Source: Pseudomonadales bacterium (lineage in GTDB: Bacteria > Pseudomonadota > Gammaproteobacteria > Pseudomonadales > Pseudohongiellaceae). Taken from it: 64,000 nucleotides of DNA. The position numbers were made by a program, and so were the translations under genes. Positions within the stretch are counted from its first letter, which is position 1. Each line of letters begins with the position of its first letter. Positions 12,623-23,397 of this stretch are shown one piece after another. The DNA is taken from assembly GCA_038134485.1 (NCBI GenBank), contig JAYPVG010000005.1:72859-136858 (forward strand), given 5' to 3'. The notes beneath the pieces were generated by a model. It searched no databases, was not told where the DNA came from, and saw only the letters and a list, made by a program, of their open reading frames with translations.

Positions 12623-13129
12623 TCAGCTGAATGTGATATCTGGCACTTTCAGTGCGCGCCCGGCGCGCAAACAATGTGCCAGCCATTCGCCAAGAAAATT
12701 GTTAACCTGCATTTTCTCGTCCCGATGATACATCCGCGGATTGGGTTGCGAATATCGGGGCTGAAAATTTCGGTGGTTCTGATATGCAGTAACTTCAGCC
12801 GTGCAGGCGTCATGGTAAATTCTTACTTGCATGGTCGGATTTGTGAGCCATCTTCCAGCCGCGGGTCGTTGAGTTATTTCCAGCGTCGTGGTGTATTTAA
12901 AAGTCTCTACCAATCTTACATCGACGACAGTTTCACCTCTGCCGTCATGGTCGTCGGCAACCAAAAACTCTGCCAGTTTCTGGTCGTATTTATTTTCGGC
13001 CTCGCATACCGATCTACTGCGATAGGTCCGCAGATCCGGAAGGAGTTTCAACAGCCTGATGTAGTTGGCGTCGCATTCCGCCATCTGCTTTATCAGATCG
13101 ACACTGTAGCTTCTTTTTGACATTTGCAA
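12623..13129 (-). CDS. DUF1249 family protein (YqiB-like)
   Basis: 168 aa, with the MAECDANYIRLLKLLP N-terminus typical of YqiB. It sits in the conserved position between cpdA and nudF. Confidence 0.75.
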   Translation of the reverse strand: MQMSKRSYSVDLIKQMAECDANYIRLLKLLPDLRTYRSRSVCEAENKYDQKLAEFLVADDHDGRGETVVDVRLVETFKYTTTLEITQRPAAGRWLTNPTMQVRIYHDACTAEVTAYQNHRNFQPRYSQPNPRMYHRDEKMQVNNFLGEWLAHCLRAGRALKVPDITFS

Positions 13130-13279
13130 ATTACGTCGGCTTCTGTGAAATTTCTTTGCACCATAACTTTAATCGAATCGCCATCATACCGATAGTTCCG
13201 GCAGTATTAAAATTATTTCAGAGATCTTGAACAACTTGCAGGATTGGAGGTTCAAACAGGCGAAATCGACAACCAAATG

Positions 13280-14344
13280 TCAGTCCTGATTAAATCGATG
13301 CACGTTCAATGTCAGCCACTGAATTGCAATAATGGACATGGCATTAGTTATCTCACCGCGCTGCACCATTTGTGCTGCATTTTTCAGCGACACAGTCACG
13401 GTAAGAATGTCCTCATGCTCGGCCTCCAGCCCATGAATGCCCTGCAATTCAGCAGAATTCACCAGCGCACAAAAAAGGCTAACTTTTTCGTCGCACCAGC
13501 CCGGGCTATTGAAGTACTCGAAAACAGGCATGATTTCAGAAATTTCGCAATTGACTTCCTCCTTAGCTTCCCGCCGCGCCACATCGACAGGCTCCTCGCC
13601 AAGGTTAACCAACCCGGCGATAATTTCCAACATCCAGGGGCTTTGGCCAGAGTCGATCGCGCCAGCGCGGAATTGCTTGATCATAACCAGCTCGCCGCGC
13701 TGCGGGTCGTATAGTAATACGCCGACCGCATTAGGGCGCACGGCCAGTTCCCGGCGTAAGGTTTCGCTCCAGCCTCCGGCAAATAGCCTGTGCCGTAAGT
13801 GGATCGCGTCAACCGGGATAAAGCCCTGGTGAACCCGCTCCCGCGACAGGATTTCGATGTCGGACCGATTAAAGACATCGCCCTCAGTCTGCTGTAGGGT
13901 TTCCAACAAAAACTGCTCTAGCAGAGCGTCTATCGACTGTCCAATTTCGTCCCGAATTCGGCGGAATTCAACGAGTATTTCCAGGTCAGAACCAGAAGCC
14001 GCTGCGGGATCGTCGAATGGCAGGTGGATTTTGCGCTTCTCCGGTGGCAGCGCGGGGCAGTTGAGATCAGCATGGGAACAGACAGTAATCAGCACGTCAG
14101 CCTGTTGCAGCATGGCGTCAGTTAGCTGGCTGGATTCCTGATTGCTTATGTCGACTCCGGATTCATGCATTACCGAGACTGCTACCGGATTCAACCCATG
14201 GGCCTCCAGCCCGGCTGATCGGCTATCGATCTCAAGATAGGGGGGCAGATCGGCGGCCAGGGCTCGGGCCCAACCCTCAGCCATCTGGGACCGACAGGAA
14301 TTACCGGTGCAGAGAAACAGGACGTTCAGTCGCTTCGCCGGCAT
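13280..14344 (-). CDS. nudF: Fusion protein: N-terminal thioredoxin-type arsenate reductase/LMW phosphatase domain and C-terminal ADP-ribose pyrophosphatase (Nudix)
   Basis: The N-terminus LFLCTGNSCRSQMAEGW is a CX5R P-loop, and VCSHADLNCP supplies the Cys82/Cys89-type pair. The C-terminal ~205 aa are colinear with NudF and carry the Nudix box GLVNLGEEPVDVARREAKEEV. It is one uninterrupted 354-aa ORF. Confidence 0.8.
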   Translation of the reverse strand: MPAKRLNVLFLCTGNSCRSQMAEGWARALAADLPPYLEIDSRSAGLEAHGLNPVAVSVMHESGVDISNQESSQLTDAMLQQADVLITVCSHADLNCPALPPEKRKIHLPFDDPAAASGSDLEILVEFRRIRDEIGQSIDALLEQFLLETLQQTEGDVFNRSDIEILSRERVHQGFIPVDAIHLRHRLFAGGWSETLRRELAVRPNAVGVLLYDPQRGELVMIKQFRAGAIDSGQSPWMLEIIAGLVNLGEEPVDVARREAKEEVNCEISEIMPVFEYFNSPGWCDEKVSLFCALVNSAELQGIHGLEAEHEDILTVTVSLKNAAQMVQRGEITNAMSIIAIQWLTLNVHRFNQD

Positions 14345-14632
14345 TCAAGCCTGATCCGAACGACTCGTGACTTCCAACAGATGGTAGCCGAATTGGGTCT
14401 TCACCGGCCCTTGCAGGGTGTTTACCTCGGCGCTGAAAACCACACTGTCAAATTCAGGCACCATCATGCCCGGGCCAAAGCTCCCCAGGTCACCGCCCTG
14501 GGCGCGGGAGGGACAGGAGGAAAATTCCCTGGCCACGAGCGCAAAATCCTCACCAGCCTCGATTCGATCTTTCAATTCCAGACACTTGTGCTCCGTATCT
14601 ACCAGTATGTGTCTTGCGGTTGCAGTTACCAT
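14345..14632 (-). CDS. ppiC: Parvulin-type peptidyl-prolyl cis-trans isomerase C
   Basis: 95 aa: ARHILV...CPS...GGDLGSFGPGMMVPEFD...GYHLLEV. Its TGA stop directly abuts the ATG of the ArsC-NudF gene. Confidence 0.9.
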   Translation of the reverse strand: MVTATARHILVDTEHKCLELKDRIEAGEDFALVAREFSSCPSRAQGGDLGSFGPGMMVPEFDSVVFSAEVNTLQGPVKTQFGYHLLEVTSRSDQA

Positions 14633-14774
14633 GGTTGCTCCTCAGGTTTATCGGCGGTTTTTTGTTGGGTTGTCGAACGGCTTGCCCGGCGTCTAGCCCG
14701 GAATAGAGGAGCCGTATTATGCCTGACGAGCGGGGCAATATCGACCTTGCCACGCGATTGTCCTCTGGCATATT

Positions 14775-14788
14775 GACAATATATTGTC
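14775..14788. promoter_or_regulatory. Perfect 14-bp palindrome GACAATATATTGTC, candidate operator upstream of the DUF2889 gene
   Basis: Seen directly in the sequence. It overlaps a TTGACA hexamer (14773-14778) and sits where the -35 region would be for a perfect TATAAT at 14803-14808, about 75 nt upstream of the ATG at 14883. Confidence 0.35.
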
Positions 14789-14882
14789 TTAGTAGAGTGG
14801 AGTATAATCTACTCGCGAAAACAGTCTTTGCAACTGTTAATATCTAGCTTCAGTTACTTGATCGTCTACCAGGAATTCGCCC

Positions 14883-15446
14883 ATGGCTCTACCCGAAGCA
14901 GAAAAACGTGAGCACTTACATACCCGAGGAATTACTTATAAAGGGTTCGAGCGTGCTGATGGACTCTGGGATATCGAAGCCCATATGACCGACATCAAAA
15001 CCTACGGATTCGAAAATGACTGGCGGGGCACCGTTCAGGCCGGCGAGCCATTGCATGAGATGCTACTGCGGGTGACCATCGATGACCAGTTCGTAATCCG
15101 CGATGTCGAGGCAGCAACCGAGCACAGTCCTTTTGAAATGTGCCCCGAAATTACCCCCAATTATAAAGCACTAATTGGTATCACTATGGGTGCCGGTTGG
15201 CGCAGGGCAATCCGCCAGAAAGTCGGCGGCAAAGCGGGATGCACCCACCTTACGGAGCTGCTCTTCCCCATGGCAACAGTGGCGTTTCAAACCATCTGGC
15301 CAAGGCGCCGACATAAAGCCAGGCTATCGGATTCCAATGTGCGAGACAGCATGAGCCGCCCCCAGGTTCTGGACACCTGCCACGCCTGGGCCAGCGACTC
15401 GCCGGTTGTTAGAAAAAACGCGCCGAAATTTTATACTGGTGAATGA
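14883..15446 (+). CDS. DUF2889 family protein
   Basis: 187 aa. The CTHLTELL motif and overall pattern match my memory of DUF2889. The function is unknown. Confidence 0.6.
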   Translation: MALPEAEKREHLHTRGITYKGFERADGLWDIEAHMTDIKTYGFENDWRGTVQAGEPLHEMLLRVTIDDQFVIRDVEAATEHSPFEMCPEITPNYKALIGITMGAGWRRAIRQKVGGKAGCTHLTELLFPMATVAFQTIWPRRRHKARLSDSNVRDSMSRPQVLDTCHAWASDSPVVRKNAPKFYTGE

Positions 15447-15492
15447 GCCACGGGGGAACTGACCGCAGAAGCGCACCGGTGCGCTATCAAAC

Positions 15493-17676
15493 CTATTTGA
15501 AGAACAAAGGAAAAATAACCGTAATCGCTACGCCCTCGGCATCAGAGAGATTGTCCGCTCTGATCTGTCCACCATGAAACTCGGCAATTAGTCGGGCTAT
15601 ATGCAAACCCATACCGAGGTGCGGCTGCCTCTGTTTTTCCTGCGGACGCACCGAGATCATGGAATCGAAAAGTCGCCCCTTCATCTCCTCGGGCAGATAA
15701 GGGCCTTCATTAATTACCTTGACGATGGCGTGGTCCCGCATCGAGTGGCAGGTCACCTTTACCGGGCGTTCGTCAAAGGAAAATTCGACTGCGTTAGCAA
15801 TCAGCTTGTCCATCAACTGGGCGATATGCTCCGCCACTCCATTCACAAAAATGGGTCGGCTGATGATATCCAATTCGAACTGGGTTCCGGGATATGCCAT
15901 CTGATAACCCTCGACGCACCCTCTAATTACGGCAGCCAGGTCGGTACGTTCCTTGTCGGAGGTCTGCAGCATTTGTTCCAGACGGGTCGCTTCACTCATG
16001 TTGGTGAGAATGGTGTTTAGCCTTCTGATCCCTTCTTCTGCGCGCTCGATATAGATGACAGACTCCTCCTGGCTGGAAACCATGCTCAGATTTTCCAGCG
16101 ATGAGCGCACTACCGTTACCGGCGTGCGAAGTTCATGGGAAAGCCGCGAAGACATATTCTCAAGATAACTGGTGTACTGCGTCAGTCGTTCAACGATATT
16201 AGAGAAGCTGCGACTCAAGTCGCCAATTTCATCAGAGGTCTTGCTGGCAACAATGGTGTTTTTGATGCGGCCCGAATCGTCGATGATCTTCTCTGCCTGG
16301 TTGCGAAGCAATCGTACCCGCTGCGAAATTCGTGAAGCGAAGAACAGTAAGCCAAGAACCACCGTCAGCAGCACAGCCAACATGGTATTGAACAGCGTTT
16401 CCAGCGCCTGATTGCGAAAGGTACGAATGCCGTTCATGTTCTGATCCACTACGACGGCACCAAGTACCTCACCCCCGGCAAGGATTGGATGAGCAGCGCC
16501 AAGAATTCTGGTCTGGGTGTCGGTCAGGGTGACAAACTGGGTCTGGGGCTCGCCATTCAGAGCCGAGTCTATGTGCGCACCTTCCCGGGTGACGCCGGTA
16601 TAAAGCTCGTCGATAAATTCATTGCTCGGCGAGGTCAGTATGCGACCGTATAGCGGTTGCAGAACTTTCTCATTTACTGAGTTCCAATATCTGTTGCCGG
16701 ATCTTAGAGGCGCATCATTGACCAACATCAGACCAGTGGCTGTCTGGATGTCACCAACAGTCAGCAGAACCCGGCCGGTGCGATCAACCACCTGGATACG
16801 CGAGCCCGATTCCCCCATACCGTCGACGATACGGTCAATCTCCGGTGTCGGTCGTAGCAGTGAACCAAGACTTTCAGCACTATTTACATTGGAGGTTGCA
16901 ATTACTGTTTCGACATCTCGCTCTTCACCGTCATCGACATCGTAGAACGCGAATCCGAGTTTATTGCCCAGCATTTCCAACGGAATCTGCAGTTCAACCT
17001 CATATCCACTCTCAGTCGCGTACCACTGGCCGCTAATCCGGCTTTCGTATTCAGGGTTGGTGAAATCTGCATTGACCTTGAATGGATAAAGAAACTCCGG
17101 TTCGTGGGGGGCTATGACAAAATGATTGATTTCACTACCGTCCGGAGCCAGCATCGCTATATGCAGAAAATCGCTGCGAATCAGGCTCAACGCGTCCCGG
17201 CTTCGATAAACCGGATGGTCATCCACCACCTTGAAATAGGCATACAATGAGCGGTTGTATTCCCCGACCATAGCATCGAAAAGCAGTGATTCCTCCTTTG
17301 CATAGTTGCGCGCGGGATTTACCGGCGTGCGAAGATAATCACGATTGTCGTAGGTCACCTCGTATTGCTGGTATTCCTGCCAATCCAGCAAGTTACCATC
17401 GTCCAGCGCCAGCGGATAATAAACAGGATAGACATACAGGTCATCGCTGCGACGGGCTGGACTGTAATGGGCCTCGTCAAATAATTCGGGCCTCTCATTA
17501 AGCGCCGTGGCCAGCGCCCTGGCAGTGCCAAGCACTACCTGTTCCTGCCCCTGTCGCAGGTACACCTCCATTTCCAGAATATATCGGTAACCAAGCCATG
17601 GAATGACCAGTAAAAAACTGGAGACAAAAACCAGTTTGAACCGGATACCGAAAAGTCTTTTTAACCTGTTTGCCAT
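15493..17676 (-). CDS. Sensor histidine kinase with a large (~400 aa) periplasmic domain
   Basis: TM1 is FKLVFVSSFLLVIPWLG and TM2 is AVLLTVVLGLLFFA. The H-box is LSHELRTPVT, and the HATPase_c part carries NAVEF and GMGLHIARLIAEFHGG. It lies immediately downstream of an OmpR-type response regulator. Confidence 0.85.
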   Translation of the reverse strand: MANRLKRLFGIRFKLVFVSSFLLVIPWLGYRYILEMEVYLRQGQEQVVLGTARALATALNERPELFDEAHYSPARRSDDLYVYPVYYPLALDDGNLLDWQEYQQYEVTYDNRDYLRTPVNPARNYAKEESLLFDAMVGEYNRSLYAYFKVVDDHPVYRSRDALSLIRSDFLHIAMLAPDGSEINHFVIAPHEPEFLYPFKVNADFTNPEYESRISGQWYATESGYEVELQIPLEMLGNKLGFAFYDVDDGEERDVETVIATSNVNSAESLGSLLRPTPEIDRIVDGMGESGSRIQVVDRTGRVLLTVGDIQTATGLMLVNDAPLRSGNRYWNSVNEKVLQPLYGRILTSPSNEFIDELYTGVTREGAHIDSALNGEPQTQFVTLTDTQTRILGAAHPILAGGEVLGAVVVDQNMNGIRTFRNQALETLFNTMLAVLLTVVLGLLFFASRISQRVRLLRNQAEKIIDDSGRIKNTIVASKTSDEIGDLSRSFSNIVERLTQYTSYLENMSSRLSHELRTPVTVVRSSLENLSMVSSQEESVIYIERAEEGIRRLNTILTNMSEATRLEQMLQTSDKERTDLAAVIRGCVEGYQMAYPGTQFELDIISRPIFVNGVAEHIAQLMDKLIANAVEFSFDERPVKVTCHSMRDHAIVKVINEGPYLPEEMKGRLFDSMISVRPQEKQRQPHLGMGLHIARLIAEFHGGQIRADNLSDAEGVAITVIFPLFFK

Positions 17677-17699
17677 GTTGTAATACTGCTAGGCTGCCT

Positions 17700-18410
17700 T
17701 TAGTGAACCACATTTTCTTCGTTGACGTTCCAACGGTAACCCATACCATAGACCGTCTCGATACAATCAAAGTCGTCGTCGGCCTGCATGAATTTTTTCC
17801 TGATTCTTTTCACGTGGGAGGTAATTGTGCTGCCGTCAACGTAGATTCTTGATTCCTGCATAAGTACCTGACGGCTTTTCACATGGCCGGGAAATTTCGC
17901 GAGCGCATGTACCATCCAGAACTCGGTAACGGTCAGCGGCACCGGCTTACCATCCCACTGTACGGTCATGCGGCCGACATCAATGGTCAGCAGTCCGCGG
18001 CTCAGAAGATTCGCCGGGGAGGGCGGCTGATCGAGCACATCAAGACGGCGAAAAAGCGCAGCGATGCGCGCCGAAAGATGAGGCAGGCTGATATCCTTGG
18101 TCAGATAATCGTCAGCACCCATTCGCAATCCGCTGACAGTATCGAAATCATTGTCTCGCGCGGTCAGGAAAATAATAGGCAGGGTATCAGACATCGAGCG
18201 CAACGCCTGACAAAGCGTAAAGCCCCCATCGATTTCATTCTCGAGGCCGATATCAATAATCGCAAGGCTGGGGAGTCTGATATCGAAAGCTGCCATGGCG
18301 TCCTTGCGATTGGCGTAAGTCTGAACTTCATAGCCCTGTTTGCGCAGCACGTCGGCATAGTTTTCCCTGATCGCCGCCTCATCTTCTACGATCGCAATTC
18401 TTCTGTTCAT
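17700..18410 (-). CDS. OmpR/PhoB-family response regulator
   Basis: The receiver domain has IAIVEDE and IIDIGL (phospho-acceptor Asp). The C-terminal winged helix carries IETVYGMGYRW. Confidence 0.9.
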   Translation of the reverse strand: MNRRIAIVEDEAAIRENYADVLRKQGYEVQTYANRKDAMAAFDIRLPSLAIIDIGLENEIDGGFTLCQALRSMSDTLPIIFLTARDNDFDTVSGLRMGADDYLTKDISLPHLSARIAALFRRLDVLDQPPSPANLLSRGLLTIDVGRMTVQWDGKPVPLTVTEFWMVHALAKFPGHVKSRQVLMQESRIYVDGSTITSHVKRIRKKFMQADDDFDCIETVYGMGYRWNVNEENVVH

Positions 18411-18625
18411 ATTCCCCTCTGAATCAACTAGATCTAAGGCCGGTTTCCGGTATCGCGAATATACTCCAATTAAATCAATGTTATTAGCATCACCAGCTCA
18501 TCTGCGGCAATTGCCACGATTTTGCCATATTTAATCAGCACATAGCCTTTTTCAATCCTCCGGTAGGCAATAAACACCGTGTTTAATGCCCAGTCATATT
18601 CAAATCTTTCGAAGGTACTGCAACT

Positions 18626-19384
18626 ATGATTAGACCACTATTAGTGACTTTGGTTTTCTCCCTGACCGCTGGCCCGACTCTGGCGGCTTCAGACAGTAAT
18701 GGCAACTCTTCCGGAGACGCAAGTGTGGCAGAAAACTCCGGAATACTTGGCGGGATCGCTGTTGGAGCTTCGGTGGGAGGCGCACCCGGCGCCATGGCAG
18801 GCGCTGCCATCGGAGCGCTGCTGGGCAACGGCTGGCATGCGCGCAAGCAGGTAGACGAATTAACAATTGATATAGCAGATCTGCGCCAGCAGACTGAGGC
18901 TCTGCAACTGCAGAAAGCTGAGCTGGAGTTGGCGCTACGCGATGCCATTGGACAACGCAACCGCTCTGTCGCTGCCAGCTATGAGCAACCAAATTCAAAC
19001 TGCTGCGACAACACGGTGGTCTCAGTCTATTTCCGCACCGGATCTGATGCGGTGGAAAACCATGATCACGAAGTTCTGGCGAGTTTTGCCAGGCTCAGTA
19101 ATTACATGTCGGATCCTGTCATCGAGATTACCGGCTATGCGGATCGCAACGGCGATGCCGAGGCCAACCTCCAATTGTCCCAGCGCCGCTCTTTGCAGGT
19201 CAGAAATCTACTGGCGAATATGGGTGTGGATAACACCCGGGTGACTACGGTCGCCTATGGTGAAACCCGACCATTAAGCCAGGAATCAACTTTCGAAACC
19301 GATTTTTTTGATCGAAGAGTTATTTTACGCCTACGGGATTCGTCTCAGCTGATGCTGAGTCGCACTCCGGACGCCACCCGGTAA
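18626..19384 (+). CDS. OmpA-family protein with signal peptide, glycine-zipper and coiled-coil segments
   Basis: The N-terminal MIRPLLVTLVFSLTAGPTLAA looks like a signal peptide. A GxxxG-rich stretch GGIAVGASVGGAPGAMAGAAIGALLG and a heptad-like LRQQTEALQLQKAELELALR follow. The OmpA_C part carries ITGYADRNGD...NLQLSQRRS. Confidence 0.8.
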   Translation: MIRPLLVTLVFSLTAGPTLAASDSNGNSSGDASVAENSGILGGIAVGASVGGAPGAMAGAAIGALLGNGWHARKQVDELTIDIADLRQQTEALQLQKAELELALRDAIGQRNRSVAASYEQPNSNCCDNTVVSVYFRTGSDAVENHDHEVLASFARLSNYMSDPVIEITGYADRNGDAEANLQLSQRRSLQVRNLLANMGVDNTRVTTVAYGETRPLSQESTFETDFFDRRVILRLRDSSQLMLSRTPDATR

Positions 19385-19410
19385 CTGCATCGTTTCCTGG
19401 AGTATAGATA

Positions 19411-20070
19411 ATGAAAAAAGTCAGACTGGTAATCGGCAATAAAAATTATTCAAGCTGGTCGCTGAGCCCGTGGCTGCTCTTGAAGATGTTCAACGTCGAA
19501 TTTGAGGAAATCGCCGTCAAACTCTATCAGAAAGATACCGCTGAGAAGCTGGGTCCTTATTCTCCGTCATTGAAGGTGCCCGTGCTGCTGCACAATGAGA
19601 TAACGGTGTGGGACTCACTGGCGATATGTGAATACATCTCTGCTGAACTTCTAGGCAATGTAGGCTGGCCAACCAACACCCGAAAACGCGCCAGCGCCCG
19701 CTCCGTCAGCGCCGAAATCCATGCCGACTTTCCGGACATAAAGCGCGATTGGCCACTGAATTGCAAGGCAACGCTGCGTCGAACCGGGTCGGAAAAATTG
19801 TTGAACGAAATTGCCCGTCTGGATTCAATCTGGCGCTGCTGTCGCCACAACTTTGGGGAAAACGGAGATTACCTGTTTGGTCGATTCTCGGTAGCTGACT
19901 GCATGTTCGCGCCGTTCGCTATTACCCTGCAGATTAATGAGGCCGTGTTATGCGAGGAATCCCAACGCTATTGTGACACGCTGGTGAACAATCCTTTCGT
20001 GCAGAACTGGATCGCGCAGGGCCGAGCGGAAAAAGAACCTCTCAGAATCGCTTACGCCAGCAACATGTGA
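19411..20070 (+). CDS. Glutathione S-transferase family protein
   Basis: 219 aa, with the N-terminal thioredoxin-like GST fold pattern (NKNYSSWSL, KVPVL, WDSLAICEY). Confidence 0.7.
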   Translation: MKKVRLVIGNKNYSSWSLSPWLLLKMFNVEFEEIAVKLYQKDTAEKLGPYSPSLKVPVLLHNEITVWDSLAICEYISAELLGNVGWPTNTRKRASARSVSAEIHADFPDIKRDWPLNCKATLRRTGSEKLLNEIARLDSIWRCCRHNFGENGDYLFGRFSVADCMFAPFAITLQINEAVLCEESQRYCDTLVNNPFVQNWIAQGRAEKEPLRIAYASNM

Positions 20071-20083
20071 GCTGCCTCAATAA

Positions 20084-21157
20084 TCAATGAGTGCCGCGAG
20101 ACGAAAGCACATCGCGCAACTTGCTGGCCGCTTCTCGAATAGCAGTTTCAGTTGTCTCCCAATCCATGCAGGCATCGGTTACCGAAACACCATATTCAAG
20201 TTGCGAGAGGTCTTTGGGGATACTTTGATTGCCAGCATTAATATGGCTTTCCAGCATCACGCCAATGATTGAGGTGTTACCCTCAAGAATCTGATGAGTG
20301 ACATCCTTCAGTACCAAAGGCTGGACGTCCGGATTCTTGTCAGAATTGGCATGGCTGCAATCGATGACAATGTTCCTGCTGACGCCGCCTTTCTCCAGCG
20401 CCTGCTCACATTGGGCCACATGGACCGAGTCGTAATTGGGTCCGTTACTCCCTCCCCGCAGTACGACGTGTGCATGGGGATTGCCCTTGGTCGTCACCAC
20501 CGACACCTGGCCCTGACCGTTGATGCCGAGAAATCGGTGCGGGCTGCTGACCGATTGCATGGCGTTTACAGCGACGGTCAGTCCACCGTCGGTGCCATTC
20601 TTGAATCCAACTGCTGACGACAGGCCACTCGACATTTCCCGATGTGTCTGAGATTCAGTAGTGCGCGCGCCTATTGCTGACCACGCGATGATGTCCTGCA
20701 GATATTGCGGTGAAATAGGATCCAGTGCCTCGGTCGCCGCAGGCAGGCCCAAATTGACTATGTCGAGCAACAGTTTGCGCCCAATGCGCAAGCCCTCCTC
20801 AATTTTGAACGAATCATTCAAATGCGGGTCATTGATCAAGCCTTTCCAACCGATCGAGGTGCGTGGTTTCTCAAAATACACACGCATAACCAGATAGAGG
20901 GTATCTTTTACCTCCTCGGCAAGGAACTTCAGCCGCCTGGCATAATCAAGTGCAGCCTTGGGGTCATGAATCGAACACGGTCCAACCACAGCGAACAAAC
21001 GCGGATCCTCACGATTCAGGATGGCATAGATGGTTTGTCTTGCCTCTTTAACCCGTAGCTGCGCTTCTGCCGTCAAGGGCAACTCGTCTTTCAACTGCTG
21101 CGGCGTAATGAGCGGCGTGTTGGCGGCAATATTCAGATCGTCCAGTGCTTCAGACAT
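20084..21157 (-). CDS. Class I 3-deoxy-7-phosphoheptulonate (DAHP) synthase
   Basis: Colinear with AroG/AroF/AroH (VVGPCSIHD, KPRTS, GWKGLINDP). I trimmed the start to the ATG at 21155-21157 (MSEALDDL). The feedback specificity cannot be read from the sequence. Confidence 0.9.
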   Translation of the reverse strand: MSEALDDLNIAANTPLITPQQLKDELPLTAEAQLRVKEARQTIYAILNREDPRLFAVVGPCSIHDPKAALDYARRLKFLAEEVKDTLYLVMRVYFEKPRTSIGWKGLINDPHLNDSFKIEEGLRIGRKLLLDIVNLGLPAATEALDPISPQYLQDIIAWSAIGARTTESQTHREMSSGLSSAVGFKNGTDGGLTVAVNAMQSVSSPHRFLGINGQGQVSVVTTKGNPHAHVVLRGGSNGPNYDSVHVAQCEQALEKGGVSRNIVIDCSHANSDKNPDVQPLVLKDVTHQILEGNTSIIGVMLESHINAGNQSIPKDLSQLEYGVSVTDACMDWETTETAIREAASKLRDVLSSRGTH

Positions 21158-21243
21158 GAGCGCTATCTCAATTGAGTTGCTGAAAAAGGGCGGCAATCAT
21201 AGCAGAAGGGGTGCGCCAGGTGAACCTGCGGCCTGCCGGAGGT

Positions 21244-23142
<1,899 letters not shown>

Positions 23143-23397
23143 CTAATCCATCCGCCGGCGACACAAAAGAGAAAAACTTCGAAGCTTGCAGCGAGGCATT
23201 CAGACATTATTTACAGATCAGTACGCCGAGAATTCCTGGTATTCCTGCCCGGTTGAGCCCACTTGCTGAATTTTTGATCATTTGTCTCCACTACTGACAC
23301 TGTGTAAAATTGCGCATCCCGCTGCGGATCAGACCTTCAGGGTCTCTCCTGCCAGTCTGATTAGATTCCTGTCAAGCACTCACTGTAAGGTTAGACC

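Noticed and set aside
15470-15485. A 16-nt perfect palindrome AGCGCACCGGTGCGCT between the convergent DUF2889 and kinase genes. It superficially resembles an NtrC half-site pair.
   Set aside because: The spacing is wrong for NtrC (no N5 spacer) and no sigma-54 promoter is nearby. Its position between two convergent stop codons fits a simple GC hairpin or terminator-like element without a U-tract.
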